This document shows, in pieces, positions 36,709 to 50,320 of a stretch of 64,000 nt of DNA. Position numbers and translations under genes: made by a program. This DNA comes from Eledone cirrhosa (lineage: Eukaryota): positions 131,688,001 to 131,752,000 of the forward strand of contig OZ024745.1 in assembly GCA_964016885.1 (NCBI GenBank), read 5' to 3'. The notes under the pieces were generated by a model. The model saw only the letters and a program-made list of their open reading frames with translations, made no database searches and was not told the origin of the DNA. Positions within the stretch are counted from its first letter, which is position 1. Each line of letters opens with the position of its first letter.

Positions 36709-39410
36709 CCATCATCATCATCATCCCCATTTAATGTCCACTTTTCCATGCTGGCATAGGTTTGATAAGTTATCCTCTTGTGAACAATGCTGGGTCAGGT
36801 GACCATGTCTTGCTCATACAGAACTGAGTTTGGCCTGGTTTCTACAGCTGGATGCCCTTCCTAGTGCCAACCTCATTTACAATGTGTACTGGGTGCTTTT
36901 TGTTGACACCAACATAACACTTTACAGTGTGGATTGGTTGTTTTTTGTTGTGACACCTACATGACCACTTTACAGTGTGGACTGGGTGCTTTTTGTTGTG
37001 ACACCTACATAACCACTTTACAGTGTGGACATGGTGCTTTTTGTTGTGACACCTACATAACCACTTTACAGTGTGGACTGGGTACTTTTTGCTGTGACAC
37101 CTACATGACCACTTTACAGTGTGGACTGGGTGCTTTTTGTCGTGACACCTACATGACCACTTTACAGTGTGGACTGGGTGCTTTTTGTCGTGACACCTAC
37201 ATGACCACTTTACAGTGTGGACATGGTGCTTTTTGTTGTGACACCTACATGACCACTTTACAGTGAGGACTGGGTACTTTTTGTTGTGACACCTACATGA
37301 CCACTTTACAGTGTGTACTGGGTGTTTTTTGTTGTGACACCTACATGACCACTTTACAGTGTGGACCGGGTGCTTTTTGTTGTGACACCTACATAACCAC
37401 TTTACAGTGTGGACTGGGTGCTTTTTGTTGTGACACCTACATAACCACTTTACAGTGTGGACTGGGTGTTTTTTTGTCGTGACACCTACATGACCACTTT
37501 ACAGTGTGGACTGGGTGCTTTTTGTTGTGACACCTACATAACCACTTTACAGCATGGACTGGGTACTTTTTGTTGACACCTACATGACCACTTTACAGTG
37601 TGGACTGGGTGCTTTTTGTTGTGACACCTACATGACCACTTTACAGTGTGGACTGGGTGTTTTTTGTTGTGACACCTACATGATCACTTTACAGTGTGTA
37701 CTGGGTGTTTTTTTTGTTGTGACACCTACATGACTACTTTACAGTGTGGACTGGGTGTTTTTTGTCGTGACACCTACATGACCACTTTACAGTGTGTACT
37801 GGGTGTTTTTTGTTGTGACACCTAGATGACCACTTTACAGTGTGGACTGGGTGTTTTTGTTGTGACACCTACATGACCACTGTACAGTGAGGACTAGGTG
37901 TTTTTTGTTGTGATACCTACATGACTACTTTACAGTGTGGACTGGGTGCTTTTTGTTGTGACACCTACATAACCACTTTACAGTATGGACATGGTGCTTT
38001 TTGTTGTGACACCTACATAACCTCATTTACAATGTGTACTGGGTGCTTTTTGTTGACACCAACATAACACTTTACAGTGTGGATTGGTTGTTTTTTGTTG
38101 TGACACCTACATGACCACTTTACAGTGTGGACTGGGTGTTTTTTGTCGTGACACCTACATGACCACTTTACAGTGTGTACTGGGTGTTTTTTGTTGTGAC
38201 ACCTAGATGACCACTTTACAGTGTGGACTGGGTGTTTTTGTTGTGACACCTACATGACCACTGTACAGTGAGGACTAGGTGTTTTTTGTTGTGATACCTA
38301 CATGACTACTTTACAGTGTGGACTGGGTGCTTTTTGTTGTGACACCTACATAACCACTTTACAGTGAGGACTGGGTGCTTTTTGTTGTGACACCTACATA
38401 ACCACTTTACAGTGTGGACATGGTGCTTTTTGTTGTGACACCTACATAACCTCATTTACAATGTGTACTGGGTGCTTTTTGTTGACACCAACATAACACT
38501 TTACAGTGTGGATTGGTTGTTTTTTGTTGTGACACCTACATGACCACTTTACAGTGTGGACTGGGTGCTTTTTGTTGTGACACCTACATAACCACTTTAC
38601 AGTGTGGACATGGTGCTTTTTGTTGTGACACCTACATAACCACTTTACAGTGTGGACTGGGTACTTTTTGCTGTGACACCTACATGACCACTTTACAGTG
38701 AGGACTGGGTACTTTTTGTTGTGACACCTACATGACCACTTTACAGTGTGGACTGGGTGCTTTTTGTCGTGACACCTACATGACCACTTTACAGTGTGGA
38801 CATGGTGCTTTTTGTTGTGACACCTACATGACCACTTTACAGTGAGGACTGGGTACTTTTTGTTGTGACACCTACATGACCACCTTACAGTGTGGACATG
38901 GTGCTTTTTGTTGTGACACCTACATGACCACTTTACAGTGAGGACTGGGTACTTTTTGTTGTGACACCTACATGACCACTTTACAGTGTGGACATGGTGC
39001 TTTTTGTTGTGACACCTACATGACCACTTTACAGTGAGGACTGGGTACTTTTTGTTGTGACACCTACATGACCACCTTACAGTGTGGACATGGTGCTTTT
39101 TGTTGTGACACCTACATGACCACTTTACAGTGAGGACTGGGTACTTTTTGTTGTGACACCTACATGACCACTTTACAGTGTGGACTGGGTGCTTTTTGTC
39201 ATGACACCTACATGACCACTTTACAGTGTGGACATGGTGCTTTTTGTTGTGACACCTACATGACCACTTTACAGTGTGGACTGGGTGTTTTTGTGATATC
39301 AACATAACTTTACAGAGTAAGGCTAGTGTGGGCAGAAGTGGGAGGGTGGTGTAGAGAAGGGGGATATAGTGGATTAAGAGGTGCCTACTAGGTGTGTGTT
39401 TGAGTCTGTG
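36709..39410 (-). mobile_element. RTE 3' UTR with an internally expanded minisatellite
   Basis: (CAT)n tail at about 36709 and ggatgcccttcct; the far end aacataactttaca..gtgcctact matches 14050-14132 reverse-complemented. Confidence 0.8.
36871..39312. repeat. 48-bp minisatellite, about 50 copies, with higher-order duplication
   Basis: Unit acagtgtggactgggtgctttttgttgtgacacctacatgaccacttt. The variant cctcatttacaatgtgtac recurs at 36871, 38021 and 38450. Confidence 0.97.
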
Positions 39411-40579
39411 TGCAAGGGGAGGTGGGTCTTCTGTATTACTGCCTAACACCAAAGATCTCAATCGTGTGTCATTGTCTTTGAGAGGTGCAAATGTGTTTAC
39501 TTCAATAAAGATAGCTACATATGGCTAAGTTGATGTTAGACCACAGTCCAAAAGATTGGTGTTTGTCATTCAGACAGTAGCACTGAATATTGATATTATT
39601 GACACCTTACCATCAATTAGCAAAGTCCCCCAGACTATAAGTACCACTACAGATTCAACTTGTTGCTATATACTGTTTATGATAGAAGCACTAACAATGG
39701 GGTCCTATTTTCAATTCTATCATCACAACTTCTACCATAAATTGAACTTCAAATTATTGAATCATAGCAAGGTAAGAATCTTTTGTTTCACATTTTTGTT
39801 AGCTGTAGCAAAAGCAGGGAACCAAAGAGAGAAGAGAAAATGATAGATGGGAAGTGAATTAAGAGAAATTGATAGTTTAGAGGTTTACAGCACTGAGATA
39901 AAACAAAAATCTTCTCAGTGAGAGAAGAATGGATGGCTTCTCTGAATCTAGAATCTATCTGATGTGAGAATTGCAAGGGATAAGATGATAGGTAGATATT
40001 AAAGGATGAGATAACAACACAGAGTTGAGATAGTGTAGAGAAAGGAGTGGAATAACACTAAGGAATGGATGGTAGCTGTGACAACATATATATAGCAAGG
40101 GGCAACAGAACAACTATGAGTGATGATGGTTGTGATGAGATGATAGGGTAACTGTAAAGAATGGTTTGAATAAGTAAAAGAGGTTAAAGACAACAGAAGG
40201 TGAGACAGGAGAAATATCATATGTTATAACTACACTGAAGGAAATAACAAATATTAGAGGTTAGATAACTGCAAACAATGAAATGATAACAAAAAGAAAA
40301 ATGAGATAATAGAAAACAATAAAAGCATAACATGGGAAATAAAAATTCACAAAAAAATAAAAGGATGTGTTTTAGACAGTAATGATAAAAATAATGTTGT
40401 TACAAGAGAAAATTCTATGAAATAGATTTAAATTTCAAGATTTATAAAAGGAAAGAGTATATTTTTTCACCATAACTATAATAACAAAAAAAGTTAATTC
40501 TTTTTTGACAATTTACTCATTTTTTAAATTTATTTTTTAAATTTCAAATTTTGTTTTCCTTCTCTTAAATACTACATAC

Positions 40580-40689
40580 ATGATGAGAAAACAAGTTGCA
40601 ATTTGTCTTTGGATAGCATGAAGACGTGACCAGAAAGACTGAAAGGCTATGGCACGATAATAACTGCTCCCTGCCAAGGCAATTGGAGG
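40580..40689 (-). CDS. Weak candidate exon (110 nt; two frames open)
   Basis: aaacag acceptor and AT|gtatgt donor; one frame reads PPIALAGSSYYRAIAFQSFWSRLHAIQRQIATCFLI. Confidence 0.15.
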
Positions 40690-41399
40690 CTGTTTATAAT
40701 AAACAAAAGTAAAGATATGAACAGTGTGTGGGGTAGGGGAACATCCCCCCACACATGAGCCCCCCCCCACCTGCCACATATATTGTTTATTTTATCAGTA
40801 TGACTGAAAAGAGCATGATTTTGTGAAATTAAATTAACAGAAACAATTTCAAGTGGAAATTAAGGAAAGATGGAGAAGGTGAATGAGTAGAAATCTTGCA
40901 GAATATCCATTTTGATTTTAAGATTGGGATATTTGAATAATGGTTAGCAATCTAAGTGTAAAGAATGGCAGCCTGCTGAATAAGATTCAGACAAAGGGAG
41001 AAACATATATAACAGAAGTAAAACTATATATAAAAAAAAATCAAGAAAAATTAAAACAAGAGCAAACCTAATCAAATACATATGATTAGTATAATAGAAT
41101 AACTGTAGAAAGAAAAATAGAATAAATGTAAATAGAAAAGAAAAGAATAAAATGAGAGTAAAATGTTTAGAAAGAGAATGATGTATAGATATTTTGGCAT
41201 TGGTGGAAGGAATTTGTAAAAGAAATGGAGAAAAAGAAATATGTAAAATGATATAAAAATAAAAAAAAAATAAAACAATTGCTTAGGAAAACAATTCTAT
41301 ATTGTTAGGTACCATTAACTTGTCAGAAATTACATTCTTCTCCAGAGAAAAAAAAGATAATAAAACTCTTCCAAAAGACACCAAATGAATAAACGAAAG

Positions 41400-41436
<37 letters not shown>

Positions 41437-41555
41437 TGTATGTATATATAAAATTAAAAATAAATGTTATAGATTGGAAAATTTTCAAACGATCACTTAT
41501 AATTGTTGCTATAAAATCTCTGTTTCCTCTTCCCTGCTGTCCGTTACTGACTTAT

Positions 41556-41591
<36 letters not shown>

Positions 41592-41678
41592 CATGAGTAT
41601 GTGTGTATATATGTGAGTGTGAGTGTGTGTATATATACATAAACATAGAAAAATGTATGTTAAATGTTGATGATGATG

Positions 41679-41725
<47 letters not shown>

Positions 41726-42512
41726 GGTAACAGTGTATGTGTCTTTATGGAATTTTTGAAAGCAGGTGAGTGGTTATTTAGATTTAGTTTTATTTGTATG
41801 TTTTAGTTTTTCAAGATGACATCAAGTGCTTATGTTAAAGAACTGACATCTTTAATACTGAAGCAATTCAAGTGATAGCTCTGACAGACAGAAACATAAA
41901 ATTGTCAAGTGCAAGAAAGCTAAAAAGACATGGAGAGTAAATGGCAATGTTGCCTCCTGGAAGCTTACCATTAAAGCTATGTTGGTGGCACTAATGAGGA
42001 ATTGTCAAGTCTTAACTAAAATCACTCCACATGTTCTAATATCGATGGTGTTGTGTGTATATATGTGAGTTGGTGGGCTGTTTAGTGATTATGGTGGAGT
42101 CTTCTGCACAAGGAGCACTGCAATATTGATATAGCAGAATCTCACATGGGGGGTCAATTTGGCAGAGCTTTGGATATTTGTTCCAGGTCTCTCCTTTCTG
42201 AGTTCAAATACTGCCAAAGTCCACTTTACCTATAAAGAAAGTACCATCCCAATATTGGTGCAGACCTCCAGTTGGCACATCCTGGATGTTTCAAAAGATT
42301 GAAAGAGGGGTTGGTAGAAGAAGTGGATGTGTCCACATGGACATCTGAAACCCTCAGTGAAAGCAAGGAATATACTACCAAGTCAAACTCAATTGCAAGT
42401 GATAGCTGTAGAATCTTACATATAAGTGAATTGATAATTTTTGATCAATTGAAATTATCCAAACAATTAGTAGACAAAAACTCCCATCGATGTACAAAAT
42501 CTAGCCCTACAT

Positions 42513-42632
42513 CCTATAACATCTAACCCTACCCCGCAAAACTCCTATAAAATCTAACCCTACCCCACAAAACCTCCTATAACATCTAACCCTACCCCCT
42601 AAAAACTCCTATAACATCTAACCCTATCCCTC
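42513..42632. repeat. About 31-bp tandem repeat, 4 copies
   Basis: Unit cctataacatctaaccctacccc..aaaact. Confidence 0.9.
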
Positions 42633-43029
42633 CAAAGCAAGAGGTATCCATTGCTATCATCACTTGTACTTTAGATACCATATCCACTCTAATCTGCATT
42701 GTTTACATTGTACAAAAACTTTGATCAGCTAATCTTATTGAAGTTGCCTCCCTTGCCTGTTTTTAGATTTTCAACACCTCTAGAGGGAGTTTTTGTACAT
42801 TAATACTTGGATAATCTCAGTTAATGCTAGCATGGGTTGGAAAGGTCACATTTTAAGGCTAGACTGGTCAGGTGATCACATTTTGCTCATTCATTCCATA
42901 TTCAGCATGGTTTTTATGCTTGGATGGCCCTCCTAACACCAACCACCTCACAATTCTCTTCTATATTGAATGTCTCTATCTGTTCTTCTTCACTGTCATA
43001 GGTGCCAAGCAAAATAACCTTCAATCTGT

Positions 43030-43075
<46 letters not shown>

Positions 43076-43574
43076 TTACTATATATATATAAATAATAAA
43101 TATATATTATTACTATATATATAATAATAATAAATACAAAGACTGATATCCAAAGAAGATTCGATAAGGGTTGTATATATATATAAGTATATATATAAAC
43201 CATAGAGCAAATATTTATTATTGGTAGAGATTAAAAGTTTAAGCAGAATCATCTGAAACTGAGAAAAATCAATTTGTAGACACAGAAATAAATATAAAAA
43301 AATATTACGAATACATATTGCCTCTAGAAAACAAGAAGACACAACAGTAATGCGTGAGGTCATTCTCTTGAGATGAGTGAAATGTATGCAAGGAGAATTA
43401 TGTCATTATGTGGAGAAAGAACCAATTGTTACTATGGAAAAATCAGGAGACTAATATTCTTTTTAGAATAGCTGATTAATAGTAGTATATATATTTCTTA
43501 AAAGGTGTGAAAATTGTGTTATACAGTACCTGGGAATAGACAGCAAATATACAGGAGGAGTGACGAAATAATGA

Positions 43575-43610
43575 ACTTACCTAGATGAAAGAAAAGAGAA
43601 ATAATATTAG
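43575..43610 (-). promoter_or_regulatory. Candidate recursive splice site (abutting 3' and 5' splice sites)
   Basis: Minus strand: CTAAT-ATTA-TTTCTCTTTTCTTTC-ATC-TAG|GTAAGT. Confidence 0.4.
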
Positions 43611-44149
43611 ATAAATATGATAATTATTAAGTTAATTGCAGAAAACATTTAATTGAGATTATTCATTCATGGTCACATGTGTGTGTGTGTGTGCAGCATT
43701 GGATTTAGACCTTGGGAGGCTGGGACACTTCAGTTTGGGAAGGGGGAGGGGGCTCATACACAAAAAATTAGAATACACAGCAAACCCCCAATTTTACATA
43801 TCAAAGTTAGCTTGGCACAAGTAATTGGAATTCAAACGTTATACATACAGCTATTAATTAAAAAATTCTAACCATCCTAAAACTAAAAAGCCCAGCTGAG
43901 GGCACAAATAAATTGATACGGCCGTCACACCCTGTTACACCCTGTATATACATAATTTAAGATAAAAAAAAGACAAACGCTGTGATACAGGTTCATAGTC
44001 TTATTAGTTTCCCGCTTGTTGGAAAAGGAATGTTTCAACATATCGGGCATTATTCCTTCATCAAAAAAGAGTAAAGTTATCAGAAAGAAGAAGCTGGAAA
44101 GTTGAGGAAAATGTATATGGGAAATAATATTAGTTAGGGAGATATTGAA

Positions 44150-44510
44150 TACTGGAGAGAAATGAAGCAGCCATGTTTAGTTGGATGTGCAAAGTAAATG
44201 TGAGAGAAAGGCCGAACTTGGGTGAACTGAGGGAGAAGCTGGGTTTAAGAGGAATCTGAGGCAGTGTGCAGGAGAGAACACTGATGGGTACGGACATATG
44301 ATGTACATGGATGATGATTGATAGGTGAAGATGTGCCAGGACATCCCAGTGGAAGGAAGCTACAGCAGAAGTAGACCTGGGCAGAGGTTGTGAGAGCTGA
44401 CCTCAAATTAATGAGATTGGCAGAGGAGATGATGAAGGAACAGAGCAAGTGGAGGGATGCTGTGCTGAAAAGGACCCATGGATGTAAAGACGATGATGAA
44501 GATAATGAAG
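44150..44510 (+). mobile_element. Decayed RTE 3' fragment; similar pieces at 33115-33365 (-), 45290-45760 (+) and 54340-54762 (+)
   Basis: ELREKLGL.G..YGH..WAEVVRADLK..WRDAV motifs and a (GAT)n tail. Confidence 0.7.
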
Positions 44511-47500
44511 AAAGATGTGCATTAGAAGAGAAATGTAGAGTTAGAGAGAAAAATTGCCTCAACTATAGTAGATGTTTGTGTTTTACGAAGCAAAGATTTG
44601 GTTTCTATGTGAAATCTAATCTGTTTATGAATTCAGCCAGATTTTGTACAAACTTTAGTTGTCACAACACTATCTTCCCACTGTCTTTTCCCCTCTTTCT
44701 CTCTCTCTTTTGCACACATAACTTCTTCTTAAATATACACTTCATTTAGTTTATTAAATCTTTCGCTCTGTACATCTAAATAAACAAAAGTGATCAAGTG
44801 TAAAATGGCGGCAAGCCATCCACAGGCAGGCTCATCGATAACAATGATATTAGGTGGAAACATCCCTTAAAGCAATTCTTCATACACATACATCCTCCTC
44901 CTCTCCCTCCTCCTCAGATCACATTTTTTAATTTACCAATTCTGTTTTTTGATTAAAACAAAACCAGTTTTATATCCCCAACACCATGAAATGTCTCTAG
45001 ACTAACAATTCTTCAAATGTTTTTATATAACACTATTTTTATGGTTGATACCCTTTTAGCCCCCTGAAACATTACAACATCACACCTTCAAAGAACACTC
45101 CCTCCCCAAATTCCCTTCTAATTTTACATTACTTCAGCTTGCAGCCTGTGATGCATATTTACCCACAATGCATCCCCCTTTTGTCACCACCTTCATCTTC
45201 TCCAGCACTTCCACCAACACTGTCCCCACACCATCCTCAGCATCCACTGGAGAAATTTTGCCACCAATGTTGAAGTCTTTGAATGGGCGGAGGTGACCAG
45301 TTTGAGGCGATGCTGCTGAAGTCGTAACTACGCTGGGAACATCTCCAGGAGGAAGGATCATCAGCTGACCAGGATCATGCTGTACAGTGAACTCTGGCCA
45401 TCATGACAGGGGGGTACCAACGATGTGATACAAGGATTGTTTGAAAAAATCCCTTGGTGCCAGTCACATCAACCATCATCGGTGGTCCACCCTAGCTGAG
45501 AACCGTTACGCCTGGCATCTCAACATTGACTATGCTGTCTTCTCCTTTGAATTGAAAACACCCACAGTGGCACCCCCAAGGACAAAAGGGACAGGAGAAA
45601 GAACCACAACAGCAAGTCATCAAACCCTGACAAAACCTTCAGCTGCGACCACTGTGACCATGCCTGCCTGTCCCATATTGGCCTGAACAGCCATGAGCAT
45701 GTCTACAACATGGACCACCCCCTTCATATCTTCATTGATAAAACCAAGCCATGATGATGGTATTGATGAGCAGTGACTTGAGGCCAGTAATTTGGGGTTA
45801 GGGTTGATGGCATTGATCCTTTATTTTATCAATCCCCAGAAGGATGAAAGGTAAAGTTGACCTCAGTAGGATTTCAAATCAGAATGTAAAAGGTTACAAT
45901 CAAATACTGTAAAATATTTTGTTTGATGCTCTACCGATTCTGCCAAACTGACTTCATAGAATTAATAGTAGCAATTAAGAAGATAATTTCACAATCAGGA
46001 AGCTATGGATTCAATCTGATGGCATGCCATCATGGGTATCTTTTATCTTAGGATCAGCTTCATCCAAGACCTGCTATTTCTAACAGGTTCAATGTTCATG
46101 TAGATGAGAGATGCTATTTCATGTCTTGTTCGCTTCACTAATATTTATTTTTTAGGCACAAGTCTAGCAAATTTGGGGTAAAAGCAAAATTGATTAAATG
46201 AACCCCAGTAATTGATTGGAATTTAATTTACTGACATCTGAAGGATGTCAAAGATGACCTCAGTGGGATTTGAACTCAGAATGTAAAGAGCCAGAATACT
46301 GCAGTGGTATTTTAACTAATACTTATATTAACTTTAGAGAGTCAACAGTAGCAAAATTTGAACTCGGAATGTAAAGAAATGAAACTAGGAACTAAATATA
46401 GCTATTCATTTAATCTTGCACACAACCCTTTTTTGCTAATGTGTCATGTATTACTTTACAATAAAAACACAAAGCAGTGAAAAATGAATTCTTAAAATGA
46501 AAAAAAGAAAAAAAAAGAAGCTAAATTGAAGGAAACAGAAAAATTTAAAGCAATAAAAAAAAAAAAAATTAGAAAAACAAAATATCACTTATAAAACTAC
46601 TTTATTTGTTTTTACTACATTGGTTCTGCAATAAAATCATGAAAATGGTTGCCTAATAGCAGAATCCTTTAACCATGGCGTCTTCTCATTTGGATTACCA
46701 ATAAATAACTAATGCATGATTATCCAAAAAGTTCTTACGGAAAATTGAATTAATTGAGAGAATGATGGAAAGGAGGAAGTGAAAAAAAGAAATGAAAATT
46801 GCTTGTTGGAAACTCCTCCATGCGTAACCATTGGTTCCTACAGGGGAGAAACGATGAGTAGTTATGACAAAAATAGCCATTTACAGTCATCAGACAGCAA
46901 AGAGGCTGTGACTAAAAGCAATAACTTTCACTTACATTTTCTGAATTTTAACAGAATAACAGTCTGTGAAATTATGGTTGATACCACATTACATTAACTC
47001 AGCTATCACTACAACAATGACGATAAACACCACATCACGTTCACATTATCACCATCAAATAAGGTTTAACATCTCTATTCACTAAGCTAGCACAGATTAG
47101 GTGATTGGTTGGTTTGTTTAATTACTGCCCATCAGGAACACTAGTACTTCTAATATATGGTTGTCAGATATTTCAGTGTTGGCCAAGTGCATGTAGTTTT
47201 ACCAGGAAATCATTTTTCAGGTAACCCTCTCAATTTTGCTGTTGTATTCTTCCCCACCTTTGCTTTCACAACCTGTTCAGCTCACTTTTCAATGTCACTG
47301 TTCTTTCCCAGAACATATCTTCACCATACATGACAACCTTTTCTAAGAGTAGGTTCTCAGGGTTTATATTTTCTTCTTGAGAGAAATTCAACATTAGGAA
47401 CAATTTTTTAGAATTTATTTTCACAATAGTTCTGAGGCATTTTGTATAGAAGACTATCAGATTCTGTAAAATCAGTTTATCAATGGCCATGTTTTGTAAC

Positions 47501-48649
47501 TCTAAAAAGTGAAATACTGGAAGAGGACTGAATAAAAAAAACAGTTATAGTCTGTTACATTAGTTTTGTTAACCCTTTCATTACCAAACTACATGAAGCA
47601 GATTCTGATTCTATGACACAAAACCACCCATTTTATAAGGTTCTTATTTAAATCAATATTTTCCATCATAATTTTACATAAAATCCATATATTAAGTAAT
47701 GAAATAATTAACAACTTTAGTAAATCCTTCAATTGAAATAAAGTGTATTTCATTAAAACTACAATTATGAAAAGGTTAAAGATCCTTTAGAATTTAACAA
47801 ATGCAACAAACACTTTTTCTTTTTTTTGGTTAATGCTTTCAATTTTCTTGCACCCTCAAATATATCTATAAAATCAATGACAAATCTTATGTTATTGAAT
47901 TTCCCCAACATTCCACTGCCACTAGCTTTATTTTCTGAGTATTTCTGAGTAATCCTGTTTCCCTGGCTTCATATTTTGAACATTTATTAATTCCTCAAGG
48001 ATAGTTAAGTCATCAAGAAAATCTAAGGCTGTCAGTCTAATATCTTTATTCTACAGAATAACACATTGGTTGTGTTATATTAGTAGTATTAAGCACACTG
48101 TTGTATTGTTGATAAAATGTTTATAGCAATATTAAGCTTATGTAGAATATGTCGATGAGAAAACTGTCATCTTATCTGAAGCATCAGGAGCTTCAATTTC
48201 TTGCTCCTTCATCTCACTGTAAATTATCTTCACCATGAAATACAGAATCCTCTCCTACTTCTCCATCTTTTTTTGATTGTTTCATTTGTTAGCATACACA
48301 CATCTCCTGGTTTCTAGTGTAGCTAATCTTTCTGCAGATTCTCTATAATTTACTGAATTAGTCAATACAACATATGTACAATGGTGTTTGATGTGACAAT
48401 ATGTTTGGCAAATCTTCCTCACCCCAAGCAGAATGATTTCCTGAAATAGAAGAGTCATTTCCGGTTCTGTTAACTACCTCTTCACCCACATACATCCACC
48501 AGTTAAATATTATAACTCAGATATAGAGATGAATTGCCTAGACCCACCTTTTCCTATTATCATCTTAATTGAGCTCTATTCTAGCAGTCATAGGCTTATC
48601 AATATTTTAATACTTGTCACAAAAGAGAAGTAGTATGGATGATTTAAAT

Positions 48650-48880
48650 TATCATTACCACCACCACCACCACACCTACCACCACCACCACAACTACCAT
48701 CATCACCACCACCACCAACACCACTACAACTACCATCACCACCACAACCACCACCACCACAACTACCATCACCACCACCACCACCACCACAACTACCATC
48801 ACCACCACCACCACCACAACTACCATCACCACCACCACAACTACCACCACCACCACCACAACTACCATCATCATCATCAA
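48650..48880. repeat. (ACC)n microsatellite
   Basis: Direct reading. Confidence 0.95.
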
Positions 48881-49329
48881 CAATATTTTCACATATGGCA
48901 GATAATATTGAATTACAGGAGACCTGAAGAAAACTACACATATACTTTAACTTATATAGAAAAACAAACATTTATGTAGCTAATGTCTCAAACTTTTACG
49001 AAGTGCTGAGGGGAAAAAGTTAATATAAAGAGCGGTGTGTTCATACAAGGAGATGCTATAAAATAGTTTATAAAATAAGGTGAAGACTGTTAGATGTCAT
49101 CAGCCACCTGGCAGTATCGGTAGAAGGTCGGGGACCATGCTTTGCAGCATAGAGTTACGGCCCTTTACGGTCTGAGTTCAAATCCTGCCGAGGTTAACTT
49201 CACCTTTCATCATTATGGGGTCGATAAAATAAAGTACCAGTAATACACTGGGATAATTGCTGGCCTTGTGCCAAAAGTAGAAACAATTATATATGTATAA
49301 TAATAATGAGCATAACCGAAGTTGCAGTT

Positions 49330-49365
<36 letters not shown>

Positions 49366-49384
49366 GAGAGAGAGAGTTAGAGAA

Positions 49385-49560
49385 AAATGGCTTTTACAGG
49401 ACTAGAACTGTTTCATTCGTATGAAATCATCAATGATTTCATACGAATGAAACAGTTCTAGTCCTTTAAAAACCATTTCCATACTAAACTTTGATGTTTT
49501 CACTCTACTAATGTATTGAGTACCTTATTTATTATGGTTACCCCCAATTTAACCTGGGTC
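49385..49560 (+). mobile_element. Penelope-like fragment with a 33-bp perfect fold-back (49398-49465) over a truncated hammerhead
   Basis: aggactagaactgtttcattcgtatgaaatcat-ca-atgatttcatacgaatgaaacagttctagtcct. The arm reads TGATGA-TTTC-ATAC-GAAT-GAAA-CAG-TT. The remainder matches 21060-21180 reverse-complemented. Confidence 0.75.
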
Positions 49561-50161
49561 TATATATATATATATATATACACCATTACTGAGTGTATAT
49601 ATATATATATATATATATTTAAAGGTTAAACAAGGTTCAATGAATAAATCAAAGAATGAGTTTTACAATAGATTGGAAGCACTCAACAGCAATGGTTTTC
49701 CGGAGTTATTAATATTACACCCAGATATATTTAATATTTAGATAGATGGATACTTCCAGATAATTCAAAGATTCGAGTTTATTCTTTCACAAAGCTATGC
49801 CCAAATGTATATTCATGTATTTATCTATGCTTTATACTATAAACATTATTCTCCCTTTGTCTCTCTATCCTTGATCAATTCTCTTTTGCTTTCTATACTT
49901 CTAGTAACTAGATTTTTTTTCTTCATCTGTTTCTCTCTGTCTTTCTTCTTTCTTCAATCATTTAAATTATTTGAATCTCTAACAGTTATGTAAATTGCTA
50001 TTATGTATTTTTAAGCTTTCTCACACGCACCCTCTGTATTATATGTAAATGTTTTCATTCTCAATCTTAAGGTATATAAATATTGAGTCTTGTCATATCA
50101 TATTCACTACCATGATTGAATCTTAACCATCTACTATGTCAGGGTATGTCATGCATCATCT

Positions 50162-50228
50162 TATTTTATCTGATGAGGACGTACTGTTGAAGATAGCTCA
50201 GTACCTCTGAAATATATATAATAAAATA
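50162..50228 (+). ncRNA. Type I hammerhead ribozyme motif
   Basis: Stem I TATTTTAT/ATAAAATA (8 bp); CTGATGA at 50170-50176; stem II GTACTG/CAGTAC; GAAA at 50209-50212; TATATA palindrome; TA with predicted cleavage after 50220. Confidence 0.8.
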
Positions 50229-50268
50229 TACTTGATCACACGAATGTCTATTTTTGTTAACATTTTGA

Positions 50269-50320
<52 letters not shown>

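Noticed and set aside
42513-42632. Interstitial telomeric repeat
   Set aside because: Only one TAACCC per 31-bp unit, not tandem TTAGGG.
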